64,000 bases of DNA from Lama glama (Eukaryota): assembly GCA_028534125.1 (NCBI GenBank), contig CM052816.1:33792001-33856000 (forward strand), written 5' to 3'. The position numbers and the translations under genes were made by a program. Each line of letters opens with the position of its first letter. The stretch's first letter is position 1. The notes under the pieces are model-generated. The model was not told where the DNA came from, did no database searches, and saw nothing but the letters and a program-made list of their open reading frames with translations. Positions 27,121-40,009 of the stretch are shown piece after piece.

Positions 27121-27376
27121 ATAACCATGAAAATATTTTTAGTTTATATAACATAAATTATTATATTTCTGTTTTATAGATTAATTATTTAAGATAGGTC
27201 ATTGGCCCAGGACCTGTGAAGGTGATAAGGTCAAAGATTGAGGAAAATTGAGGTTTTTAACAGTTACTGTGACAAATGGGAGGAAGAAATGAATAGGTAA
27301 AAATTGAAGGTAAGGGTTTGGGCAAAGTCTGAGTCTATCACATGAATTTATAGCTTTACTTAACTGTATGCTCATG

Positions 27377-27922
27377 TGTAATGGACTGAATATTTGTTTT
27401 CCCCCAAAATTCATGTGTTGAAGCCCTAACCTGTCTCGTGACTGTATTGGATCTAAGGCCTTAAAAGAGATGATTAAGGTTAAATGATGTCCTTATAAGA
27501 GTAAGAGACAACATAGATGCTCTATTTTTCCCATGTGAGAACAGAAAAAGAAGGTGGTTGCCTGCAAGCCAGGATGAGAGCCTGCATTAGAAACCAATCC
27601 TGCCAGACCTGAATCTGGGACTTCTAGCCTTTAGAACTGTGAGAAACTAAAGTTCTGCTATTCAAGCCCTCCAGTCTGTGATACAGTTAACCCTTGAACA
27701 TTGTGGAGGTTGGAGGCACTGGCCCCTGGGCAGTCAAAAATCCACATATAACTTTATGGTCAGCTCTTTGTGTCCTTGGTTCTGCATCTGCAGATTGAAC
27801 TAACCCAGAATCAGATAGTACTGTAGTGTATATTCATTGAGAAAAGTCTGCATGTAAGTGCAAACCCATATTGTTCAAAGTTCAACTGCATTTTGTTATG
27901 GCAGCTTGAATAGATTAATATG
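27377..27922 (+). mobile_element. MLT1A/B-like solo LTR interrupted by a Tigger MITE
   Basis: 'tgtaatggactgaatatttgtttccccc...agaactgtgagaaactaaa...ttttgttatggcagc'. 5 bp TSD tcatg on both sides. Confidence 0.88.
27684..27888. mobile_element. Non-autonomous Tigger2-derived MITE
   Basis: TA|cagttaacccttgaaca ... tgttcaaagttcaactg|CA, the same TIR type as the element at 264. Confidence 0.88.
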
Positions 27923-28085
27923 TCATGTGATGGTTCTACAACATTCAGTCACTCAGATGTAGGATTAAACAAAGTAGATTCTTAGCTTGATCCAGGACTG
28001 TGTGTGATATTGACAGATCGATGCAACAGAAAGATAGTTTACAGGTATTTGAGATTGTTAGCAAACATTTTTAATGCTATGAAAG

Positions 28086-28525
28086 TGTAGGGGTTCTTAT
28101 CTCTCTGAAATGACATGAAGATTTTTTAAACTAAAAAATCTGAACAGACCACATCTGAATTTCTTTTGCTACTTAAAAAGTGCCTTCCAAAATATGTAGT
28201 TGCCATAAACCCCCTCTCTGGGGGATTTACCAGCCAGAAAGGAGACTAATCGTTAGCACCAGGATGAGAGATTGCATAAACACACATTATCACAGACTGT
28301 CATACCTTTCATTTTTCTTTTAAAAGCCCACTTGTTTGTTTTCGCTTAAGTAAATTTGTACTTAAACCTCCATCTCTAGCTGTCCAGAAAACCACTTCTT
28401 TTGTGCTCTTCAACATGCGTATGAGTAAACTTTGTCTTTTCTCCTGTTATTCTGTCTCCTTTGTTAATCTGCAGGTGTCCAATTATTCCAACGTAGAATA
28501 GTAGAAATTTTTATTTCTCCCAACA
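28086..28525 (+). mobile_element. ERV1-class solo LTR (MER34/MER39-like)
   Basis: TGTAGGGGTTC start, 'agtaaactttgtcttttctcctgtta', ends ...cccaaCA. Flanks gaaag/gaaac. Confidence 0.7.
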
Positions 28526-29966
28526 GAAACTGTGCTGAAAGGGAAATGAAGGAAATATGGTTGAGGCATTCATTATACACTTATTCTATCCAATGGAGGA
28601 TCTGTTTTTTTCCACACAGTTCCCAATCAAGAAGAGACTCTTACTTCTAAAAGGGGGTTTACATGCTTCTTTGATTGTCACAGAATGGAACACAACTGAT
28701 CCTGAGCCGCTTGCGGGGAACCAAACACCGATCACTCAGACTGCAAAGTAGAGCTACTATAAAATGACATTGGGAAGTTAAGTAGGCAACTAGAATTTTC
28801 AAGAGAAGGTTGATTTAAAGAAGGGTTGCATGTAAATCAGCTGACGGTTATATTGAAAGTAATACTTGACAGTTACTTTAGCAGAGATTGAAAACAATCT
28901 GCAAGTAAATTTGACACAAGGAAGCAAACCATTACATCCATAAGTAACGGATAGTAGGTGACCCCAAAGGAGAGTCATAGAATCCAGTAGAAGATTGAAC
29001 CAGGAAGAGGGTGGCCAGAACTCCATGCATTTTTATGCTTTTATCAGCATATTCCAAAAAATGGTTAATTACATTTGACAAATATTTATTTTTCCATTTC
29101 CATAGAGTCCAAGGTAAATAATTGCTCTTCAGTACCTGAAGTGAATATACTATCCTTGACCATCATTGTCAAGATTTGGGTGTCTCTAAGACAAAACCAA
29201 AAGAGCAGACTAATTACAGAATTTTATCTTACTAGACATTTTTTTCTGCGTGAATAAGCTGCACCCTTTGCTATGACAGCAGAACACAAATCAAAAATTT
29301 CTTCACTTGTTGGCAGAAGACCTAAATTCCTTAAACAGAAACAAAATCTTCAGTTTCACCATCAGAGAAAGAAACAATTAATATGTAAATCCCATCTGGA
29401 GGAACATGTTGACGCAAGTGTCTTCATATTAATATGTAACTTGTCAAAACTCATCACATGTAAATGGCTCATTTCACTGTCATTTCCTGTTTAGCCATGA
29501 AATGAAGAAATTTTTCAGCAAGAAGACTTTGGACAAGTGAAAAAACAATAGTGAAAGTATCATGTTGTGAGAAATTGGAGGCATTAAGAAAAGCATATCC
29601 AAATTGTATTAGTTCATTTCCATCTTTTAATAATGGGATGTGACACAGAAAGTAGAAGGGCACTAAGGGCTTGAAGTGGAAAGAGTAATGCTACCACCAT
29701 GGAGCAAAAGGGAGAAGTACAACGGGAGTAAACTCCCAGTGCAAACGGTATGCTTTGCAAACTTTCCAGTGCGCTAGCAAGGGGACATAAAAGCTGTTCT
29801 AAGGGATTTTTTTTCCATTATAGCTGTACATATTCAGTTTAATGTAAGCATTACCACTGATCAACATTGCTTTTTTAAAATGCACCAAAATTTTGTAAGC
29901 ATAGCTGCATTTAATAAAGAAAGTTTTTTTCTTAAAGCATCTATTACTTTGGTTACATCTTCTCAT

Positions 29967-31034
29967 TGTTACGGAAATGACAGGCCAGCCAAGAAACAAG
30001 CACCACTCGGAGGGTTGGAGTACTCAGATTTATTACGCCGGCGGGCTCAGAGGGGCTTCTGCTCCGAAGCTCTGAGCACCTCCAAGAAGTGCACATGAGG
30101 TTTTATANNNNNNNNNNNNNNNNNNNNNNNNNNNNNNNNNNNNNNNNNNNNNNNNNNNNNNNNNNNNNNNNNNNNNNNNNNNNNNNNNNNNNNNNNNNNN
30201 NNNNNNNNNNNNNNNNNNNNNNNNNNNNNNNNNNNNNNNNNNNNNNNNNNNNNNNNNNNNNNNNNNNNNNNNNNNNNNNNNNNNNNNNNNNNNNNNNNNN
30301 NNNNNNNNNNNNNNNNNNNNNNNNNNNNNNNNNNNNNNNNNNNNNNNNNNNNNNNNNNNNNNNNNNNNNNNNNNNNNNNNNNNNNNNNNNNNNNNNNNNN
30401 NNNNNNNNNNNNNNNNNNNNNNNNNNNNNNNNNNNNNNNNNNNNNNNNNNNNNNNNNNNNNNNNNNNNNNNNNNNNNNNNNNNNNNNNNNNNNNNNNNNN
30501 NNNNNNNNNNNNNNNNNNNNNNNNNNNNNNNNNNNNNNNNNNNNNNNNNNNNNNNNNNNNNNNNNNNNNNNNNNNNNNNNNNNNNNNNNNNNNNNNNNNN
30601 NNNNNNNGGCTTCTGCTCCGAAGCTCTGAGCACCTCCAAGACGTGCACATGAGGTTTTATAGGGTTAATTACAAGTATGGGGCTATTAGCCAATAAGGTT
30701 CAAACAACAAAAAGCAAGGAATCAGTACACTGGAGCTTATCAATTTGGAACAGATCACGTTACTGACACTTGTTGAGCTTGGATTTATGAGTTAGCTTGT
30801 TAGCCCAGTAAACTGACACTAAACTTTAGATTTACAAGTTAGCCCGGCAGAACTTATATCAGTAAACCGACACTTATCACACTTAGATTTGTGACTGAGT
30901 TCGTTAGCCCAATAGACTGACACTAAACTTCAGATTTATGAGTTAGCCCAGCAGAACTCAGATCAGTAATCTGACACTTGTTGCACTTAGATTTGTGACT
31001 TAGCTTGTTAGCCCAGCTGGGCTTTTCCTTCACA
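29967..31034 (-). mobile_element. Young ERV1-class LTR spanning a 500 N gap
   Basis: TG...CA termini with exact 4 bp TSD tcat/tcat. TATA (cctataaaa) and AATAAA on the minus strand. CpGs retained. Confidence 0.9.
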
Positions 31035-31689
31035 TCATGGGTTATAACTTTATCATAAATGCATATAAAATCTTTGTGTCCTCTGCATGCACTCATTGTC
31101 CTTTTTCTATTGACTGTAGACATGCAAAGCACAAGATTGTGCTAATGGCTCTCATGTTTACATGCCTCTTGTCAGTTTAAACATATGCTTATTTAGGTGA
31201 GTGCTTTCTTGATTACTAGAAAAATTACTGACTGTAAACAGGGGAAATCTTTTTGAATTTGAATTATTTTATAATTATTTACTGAGGGCTTACAACACAT
31301 TTAGCGCTGTGGTGTATGTTGTTTAGGCAATCAAAAGAAGTATAAGACTTCTTCATATTTATCCTTCAAAACCTAGCGGCGTCACTTCTTCCTGAAAGCA
31401 TTGCTGAGGTGATAGGATGGTTGTGGTACTTCCAAGTTTCCTCTGCAGATACCACCTTGTACATGGTATGCATACTTCATTTTGCAGAGGCAATAGTGTA
31501 TATTTTCCTCTGAAATAGAGATGAAGGAAAGAAATGTGTATGTAGATATAAACATTTGTGAAGTGTATGCTAAAGTAATGGAGTTTTTAACAAGTAGCTT
31601 TGGTTTTTCTCTGGGTAGAAGGGAGTAGCTCATTTGTTTAAGGAAAAGGGGCATATACTTTTATGTACAAGATACTCATCTAGAAGCTT

Positions 31690-31880
31690 TATATCTATTA
31701 ACACATTTAATCATCATCATAATCCTGTGATTAATATTATCCCTGTAACTATATTATTGATAACTCCTATTTTATAGATGAGGGATTTTAGACACAGAAG
31801 ATTTATGCAGCAGGCTCAAGGTTAGTCTGGGGTTGAAGATTGCAAACATGAGCAATAGACTTCTAGAGACCTGCACTTAA
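31690..31880 (-). mobile_element. MIR SINE
   Basis: 'cctattttatagatgaggga...gacacagaag'. Confidence 0.65.
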
Positions 31881-34800
31881 AAACATAATACAGGCTTAGA
31901 ATTGCTGTTGTGGGATTACAAGAGGAAAGTGATTGAAGCCTCAGAAGATAATTGAATGGCTTTAATGGTGTGGCTGAGACCATACTCAAGCAGTGACAGA
32001 TTTCATATGACTTTTTGAAGTTTTTGCTCCCCTATGTGTAGTATCAGAGGATGCATATGTCTAGAGATGAATAAACAGGCATTAGCCTATGGGGTAGGGA
32101 AAAAAGAGTGAAGGAGATAGAAAGACGGTGGTTAGGTAAGGTAGTAAGCAGAGCTGAGTGGGCAGTGTAGAGGGACTGACTGACTAGGAAGATTAACATG
32201 GCAGACTGAGTACACTTATCTCTGCTCCCTCCAAAAAAACCACTAAAAGAAATGTTATGACCCTACAAGGATCAAAAAAAGGAAACACAGCAGAAAAAGG
32301 GATGTCAAGACTTTTGGAAGGTGAAAGATGAATAGAGAGTGGAATTGAGTTAGCCAAGCCAGACAAAGCCAAACTTAAATCCCTATAAATGGTGAAGGAG
32401 GCCAATAAGAAATAAATCCATTCTCACTGCCGGATTCCCTCATTAAGAAGACGGAGGAACCATCTACCAAGGAACTCTGACATGGTTTTAGATGACGAGG
32501 TTCCAAGTGATTATTTTCAAAGTTTCTGTAATGATCAATTATTACTTTCTTTAAAGGGTAAAGGAAATTTCAGAAACAAGATTTTAAATGTGGAGCAGTT
32601 CTAGATGATGGCAAAATTCAGGCAGTGATAATGAAAGCAGTCTGTGGAATACAGACAGAGTACCTTAAACTTGAACCATACAGGGATTATAGCACATTAT
32701 CAACATATACTTTGAAACTGACCAAGATGAAGCAGAACTGAAACTTGTGAGGAAGCGAGCCTGGCAAATGGAGGATGGGAAGGAGAGTGAGAGCTGAGGA
32801 AGGGCTGTGAGCTGTGGAAGCACAAATCCCTGACCTATTACTTATATTATTTCTGAGGCTCTCTGCGTTCAAAAAATGAAGCATTTACTGTTTAACAAAT
32901 AAAGCAACTGACATTCCTAATCTGTGTAAAACCGAGGCTACAAAGCTGTCTCCTTGGTATTTTTTCAATTCTTGAGCTGAACTCCCCACACAGGCTCCAA
33001 ACAAGCACCTACCAAATTTTTGAGCATTTACATGAGCAAAGCGACTGAAATGAAGCACCTGGCTCCCTATTTGCACTCAGACTTGCTCCTGCACTTGTCT
33101 TTCCAAGAAAGGAATGTTTATATTACAGTTTCATTCCTGTGTTTCATCATGTTGTCTTATCCTCATCAGGGAAAGTAAAAGTGGACAGGAAGTTGAAACA
33201 ATAAGTCCCTAGGTGTGCCAAGTGAATCAGGCACATTTAAATAAGAAGCAGCAAGATGCTCAATTAAAAAGAAACATGATTTCACTTGATAATACATCTG
33301 TGAGTTTTGATCAAAACTGGATAATTCAAGAAGACATATATACCTCCGAAACCTCATGACGTTGCTTCACTCTAATTTACTCAATTTTTTCATGTTCTCA
33401 CTCTTTCCACAAACACTTTCACAACGTCCACTTTCACCAGAGGGCATCTCCTTATCAGATCTATCATGGCTTACTCCCCTTTGCGCTTAGAGGCTTGTAA
33501 TATAAGCCATCTTCATGTGTGTAACTGATGCCTTAATCTAGTTCAGTTAACAAGAATGTATTGCAATATGCTATTTTCAGCACCATGCTAGACACTGAGA
33601 GGAATATCAGAATTTTAATAATTCAGACAATGATAAACAAAGAGATGGAGAAGCAAAGAGAAACAGAAGTATTTAGAAGTAAAAGTGAATGTCAACCTGC
33701 TCATTTTATTAGGAGTTAACGAAAATGTTTGATTTCTATGAAAGATATGAAATAAGTAGAATATGAAAACAAATGACATTGACCCCATGCACCTTAGCAA
33801 ATACATATAAAGTTTCTTCAGCCCAGTCTATTCTCATTCATACATCTGATCTCAGAGTGTACCTTTAGATTATGAAATATATGTGTTATGATGCTTCTAG
33901 TTGAATTAGGAGAGGATTCCAGCTAAAAAGTGGTTATCTAATGCAAACCTTCTATTTTTAATTTTTATTTCCTAAAATAAGCGAGTTTATCATTCTCTTA
34001 TCTTATGTGTCCTCATTTATTGAAGAGTCACCTGTGAATATTTTGAACTTACTTTGACAGATTGTTTTTCCTTACTCTCTTGCCAAGTTAGTGATGATGA
34101 TTTATGTAATTTTGGTATTCATATGATCTACTGACTATGAATATGAGGAGGAACGAAATCAGACTTTTAGGGTCAATATTCAAGTTTCAGTAACGTTGGT
34201 AATGCTGAATGTCATTTTTCTAAAATGCATACAAAGCCTTGTTAAGAGATGCTATGAGGATATTTGTACAGCTATGTAAAGTTACTAAAATTGTTGAATA
34301 TTTTTTAACAGATGTTTGTCTGTAAGCTAAGTGGGACAGATCTACAGCTTATGTCTTATGCATCAGTGAGCATCATAGTATCCCTGTAAAGCAGCTGAAT
34401 ATCCCATGAGTTTAATCAAATTGTGTGTTACCCTTTGGCTTTGTTTCATATCTGTCTCATTTCCCTTGTGTATAACTGCAGGACAGCTCAAGAGCTAAAA
34501 TCTTATTAACAAAATACTTGATAAATAACTCTCTTTTATTTTAGCCCTGAGAATGTGTTAAAAAAAAAAAAAGAACAAAACACCTTAAAGAGATAATAAG
34601 GAAAAGTAAAGCAATTGTGTATAATATAAGAAAGTAAAGAGACAATTCCATTTAAGGAAGTAGTAAAGGGAATGAGTTAGTGGAAACATACAGAGCAGTA
34701 CTGGGTTGAGGGGGATTTGGAAGTGAATAGCAACAATTCAGTTTCTATTGTTGGCCCAAACAATGAGGTGACATCACTTAAAGGGCACTTGAAAACCAGA

Positions 34801-35349
34801 ATGGTCGGCTTTTCTTGGGAACTGAATTTTTTTCTTTGTCTGGCTAAGTCAGGAATACACGCATACACTCGTGACAAATATTCAAAGCTGTGCACTCAGC
34901 TGTTTTCCAACACTGAAAAAAATCTTACTTGTTAGATCCAGACTTGTTTGGGAAGCTAGTAATCAGTCCCTTGCAGTCTTTAGACATTGTGCCATTATTT
35001 GTCTGCCACTGTGCATGATGCATATCAGAGGTTCAAAATACTTTGCAAAGAGCTTTATACAGACAGATCAGGGAGACCCGTGGGAAACAGAGTACTCTTG
35101 TAGTGCTAGAAAACAAGAAGGTAATGTCCTCTTAATTCTTCCTTGAGGTTACTCTTTAACTATTTCTAGTCTTAGCAAAATCAAAAATTGAAACAAAATA
35201 CTACCTCCTGCCTTAGAGTCACCCATCTGTTTCTACTCTCTGTTTCTTTATGTATTAGGTATTCTGTCAGTTCGTCACATTCCCTTGTTTCCCCATGGTT
35301 ACCTTTCCCTATGGAAAATGAGTCTGTGTTCTTTAACATGAGGAGACTG

Positions 35350-38300
35350 GTATATTTTTGAACTTTTTACTTGGAAATAATTAAGGTTCAGTAGAAGCTG
35401 TAAAAATAGTATCAGCTCTTATGCACTCCTCACCCAGCTTTCCCAAATGGTGACCTCTTATTTAGGTGTAGTACAATATTGAAACAAAGAAATTGACATT
35501 GGTACATTTCTATTACATAGACTACAGACTTTATTAAGCTTTTACTATTTTTTAAAATTGCAATTCTTGTGTATTTGTAAATATAGTTCTATGCAATTTT
35601 ATGCCATGTAGGTATGCATGTAACCACCATAACAATCATGATATAGAACTTCCATCACCACAAAGAACTCCCTCATGGTAGAAGTGAGAGGTGAGAGATG
35701 GGAGCCCCCTTCTTCCGTGTAGCCTTGATTTGTGGAATGGGGGCTCTGTCATGGACACAGCATTCTGAGAGTACTAGGACTCTGATTATCCTCTCAGCTC
35801 ATATAGTGGTGGTTACATACCAGGAGAGGCAAGCCAAAGTGACATCAGTCTACTTCCCACACCAATACCAAGCACTTAGCTCCTAGAGTGAGGGCACCAC
35901 TCAGAGAGTAGCTTACCATTGTCCCCACCCCCAGCTCCAGATCCTTGGCTCAGAAATGTCGCTGGGTGGAGAAGCAGTTCATTAAAATAGGTAACTCCTA
36001 ATGTTTTGCCCCCAAAACTGACTTCATTTGCAACAGAGCATGGAGAGGTTCAAGCCTAAAGGGAGAAAAGTAAAGGTTGTAGTGAAAGGCAATGGGGAAG
36101 AGATTCAAGATACAGGGTAAACTGTATGTGGACTAGTTTTCAGGAGAGAACCATGGAATAACACAGTTCCTTCTCCTACTCTGTTTAAATTTTGCTACAA
36201 ATTACACATTGTGTGTTCATTGACATAGGTTCATAATTACTATCTTATGCATTTGTCTTTTAAATCATGTAGAAAAAATTTTAAAAGGTATTACAAACAA
36301 AAAAACATATGTTAGTACCATCTTTTAAATTTGTCTATGTAGTTACCCTTACCAAGGATTCTTTATTGTCTCATATGTTCTTTATTTTCTCATATGGCTT
36401 TGAGTTATTGTCCAGTGTTCTTTCATGTCAGACTGAAAAACTTCCTTTAGCATTTCTTGTAAGTCAGGTCAAGTAAAGAACTCTTAATTTTTAAAATCTA
36501 GGGATGTGATAATTTCTCCACCATTTTTGAAAAGGATAGTTTTGCCAAATACTGAATTCTTGCTTGACAGCTTTAAAAAAAAAAAAGAATTTACACATGA
36601 CATTCCATTGCCTTTTAGCCTCCATAGCTTCTGATGAGAAATTGGTTGTTAATCTCATTGAGAATCCCTTATACATGACCAGTCACTTCTTGCTGCTTTC
36701 AACATTTTTCTGTTTGTCTTTGTCTTTTATTTGATTTTAATATGCCTTAGTGTTGACACCTTATTTATTCTACTTGGAGTTTGTTGAGTTTTTTTTGTAT
36801 GTGTAGATTCATGTCTTTCCTCAAATTTCAGACATTTTCAACCATTATTTCTTCAATTTTCTCCCCATTTTCTCTCTCTCTTTTCCTTCTATTACTCCCA
36901 TAAAGCATATATTGGTTTTTTAAATAGTGTACTGCAAGTCTCTCAGGTCCTGTTCACTTTTCTTTATTCTATTTTCTTTCTGGTCCTAAGACTGAATAAT
37001 TTTGATTGTCTGATCTCCAAGTTCACAGAGCCTTTCTACCTGTTCAAATTTGCTGTTGAATCTCTCCATTTAAAAAAAAAGTCAGTTATTGTTCTTTTTA
37101 TCTCCTGAGTTTCTGTTTGGCTCCTTTTGTAAAATTTTTGTCTCCTTACTGATGATAATTTCATTTTGATCATACTCACATTCATTGCTCATTTCAGATT
37201 TCCTTTTGTTCTTTGTCCATAGTTTTCTTTAGCATTTTGAGTATATTTAACATAACTTATTAAGTCTTTATCTAGTAAGTCTAATGTTTGGGCTTCCTTA
37301 GGGCCAGATCTGTCAAGTTACTGTTTTCCTTTGAATGGGCCATTCTTTGCTATCTCTTTCTATGCCTTGCAGGTTTTTTGTTATGGTGTTGCAAAGGTTA
37401 AATTTTGAATATTAGCATATGATAATGCTGGAAATCAAATTCACCCTCTTCCGTAGAGATCTCTATTGTTAATCATAGAGGCTGCAGCTATCCAATTTGT
37501 TATTGACATTTTCAAACTACTTTTGCAAAGACTGTATTTCTTGTCATGTATGGACACTGAAGTCTGTTCATTATTTCAGGTGTCAGTCAGTGACCTGACA
37601 GAGATTTTCTTAAATTATTGGAGCCAAGAAGATGAAAATAAATACTACTGTCTCAATCTTTGCAATTTAGCTCTGAGTTTGAGTACTCCTTCATCACTAA
37701 GCCAAGCTGTTTACAGCTCTGCCTTAGCCTTCATCTGCTGTTTAAGCAGACCCCAGAACATACAGGTCTGTCAGAGGAACGAGCCTAGGGTCCTCACAGG
37801 TCTTTTCTGATTGTGTGTCTTGTTCTGAGTGCTACATCAACCTCAGTAAATGAGGTGGCCCTTCTGAGCTCTTCTTCCTCCAAACAACTTTATCCTGAGC
37901 TCTCTTAACAATAAATTTTAAAGTTTGTTACTGATACTTTCACTGTTTATGTTTTTTGTTTTGCTTAGATTTAACTGGCATTTCTTTGCCTGTCCCCTTA
38001 ATTTCTAACCCATCTTTATCACTCTCAGTGTGTTTTTTATTTTCAATGCCAATTTGACTGTCTTTTTTTCTCCTACTGGAACAAACAGTCCTCTCTCAGT
38101 TTAGTGGGTCACACTTACTCATTTCATCTTAATTGATGTTGTTTTAAATTTACTTATTTGGTATTACTCTTTTTTTGTTAGTTTGATCAAACTGCCCGTC
38201 ATTTCATTTATACCTCATGCTTATTAAAAGTCCTACTTGCTCTTCTGTTCTATTAATGTCTACCTTCCCTCTTCCCACTCTCATAATCATACATATGATT

Positions 38301-38550
38301 GAAAATAAAGTACAAATGCATTCTCTCACAGTATAAACTGTTTTCCCTACTTCTTTCCAATCCAAATAGGATCGGAGACCTGTAAAATATTTTTACTCTC
38401 CCTTCCTCTCCCTCCCGCCTACCCCACCCCAGTCTCCTGGATGTTTTACTTCTCTCTGCACCTTTCTAGGTTTTGCTGAGGTAGTTTAGAACTTTTTATG
38501 CTAGACTGTTTGGATTATTTTCCATCATTTTCCTTTTAACTCTGGATTCC
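35350..38550 (-). mobile_element. Cluster of old L1M fragments (3' end, 5' region and ORF1)
   Basis: 'tttacttggaaataatt', 'tctgatgagaaattggttgttaatct', 'cagccattatttcttcaa'-like ORF1 motifs. Minus ORF 'LTTNFSSEAMEAKRQWN' resembles L1 ORF1p. Confidence 0.8.
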
Positions 38551-40009
38551 AAGGCATTTATATATGACAGCTTATTCATAGGGTAGGGTCCTCTTTTGGA
38601 CTGAGATACCTACAGCTCACAATAGCCTTTTAGCTCAGACTTGACAGTAGACAAGAAGTGAGTTTCATTCAGGCCACATGCTCCAAGTACATTTACTTGT
38701 AAAACATTAAAAAAAAAAAAGGAGAACGTGTCATAGTAAATACTCATTCTATTATATACTTGGTTCTTATCACTAGCTAACATGTTGTGTATTTCAGTTA
38801 TATGTCTTCTTTATTGATTCTCATCCTACTAGAAGGGTTTCTTGTAAGGCATACTTGATTAAAATGTTCACTGATGTATCCCTGTCAGCTGCCTCAGGAC
38901 CTCACATAGGGTGCACACTCAGTAAATATTATCTGAATGAATGAGTAAAGTAATTGAATGCATTTCATAGTGTAGATACAGTTTTCTTTCTTTTGGTTTT
39001 ACATGTTTTTCAAGTATTTCTAAAATAAACGTGTATTAATCTAACATTAAGAAGTAAAAGTAAACTTTTTTCTTTCTCTCTCCCTTTCTCCTCCCTTCTC
39101 CCCTTTCAGTCTTTCTTTCTCACCTTTAATGAAAAGTACCAGACTTAGATCTGAGGCTAGGATTTATTGCTTATTATTTGAATGGTTTTAGGCAAATCAC
39201 TTACCTTCCCTAAGACTTGGTTTTCTTCTATAAAGGAGAGATTACAAAGTACTTTTTCCATTTGCATATTCCACCATATTCCCATAAGGTGGATATGCAT
39301 ATCAAATACAACAATGTACACATAAGGACTTTGTAACTAGGTAGTGGTCATGTATATCACATATCTGATTGGAAATTTCTTTTAATGCATGTTGGTGAGA
39401 ATCATTGGGACAGTTTCAGATAGACACTGTTTGTAGGACAGAGAAGAAAAGCTAGGTTTATGGAGTAAATGGCATCTGCCTTCCCTCCTGCCCTGAATGC
39501 CTCTTCCCAAGATATTCATAAGGCTCACTCTCTTAATTCATCCTGGCCCCTGCTCATATGTCTCTTCAGAGACGACTTCCTTAACAGAGTCCCCTCTGGT
39601 CTGTCTCTATCACTTTGCCCTACCTTGATTTTCATGATCACCTCTTAACATATTACATAACCATTCTTTAGTGCCACCTTCTTCCACTTGAATGTAAATT
39701 CCATAACAGCAAATATTTTTACTTTTTACTCACTGCTGTGTCCCCAGTGCCTAGTATAATGCCCAACATGTGGGAATCCCTCAATAGTTACTTATCAAAT
39801 GAATAAATTAATAGAAGCATCACTGGTTAATGAATAAGTTTAATTTTTCTCAATTATCCAAATAATTTATTTATTCTGCTAAGACATTGTGGAAAAAAAG
39901 GAACTAGCAATTTTTTAAACAATGGAATTCCTGAAAAATTGAGCTTCAGTATCAGAAAATTTAAAAAAATAAGTAACTTTGCACATTTTCTGTTTTATGT
40001 TTTCATATA

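Noticed and set aside
30033..30693. Long ORFs of 187-205 aa
   Set aside because: Artefacts of reading through N runs. The same applies to the ORFs at 21816-22343.
30755..31015. CRISPR-like repeat array
   Set aside because: The units are degenerate, lack unique spacers and lie in the U3 of a mammalian LTR. No cas genes are present.
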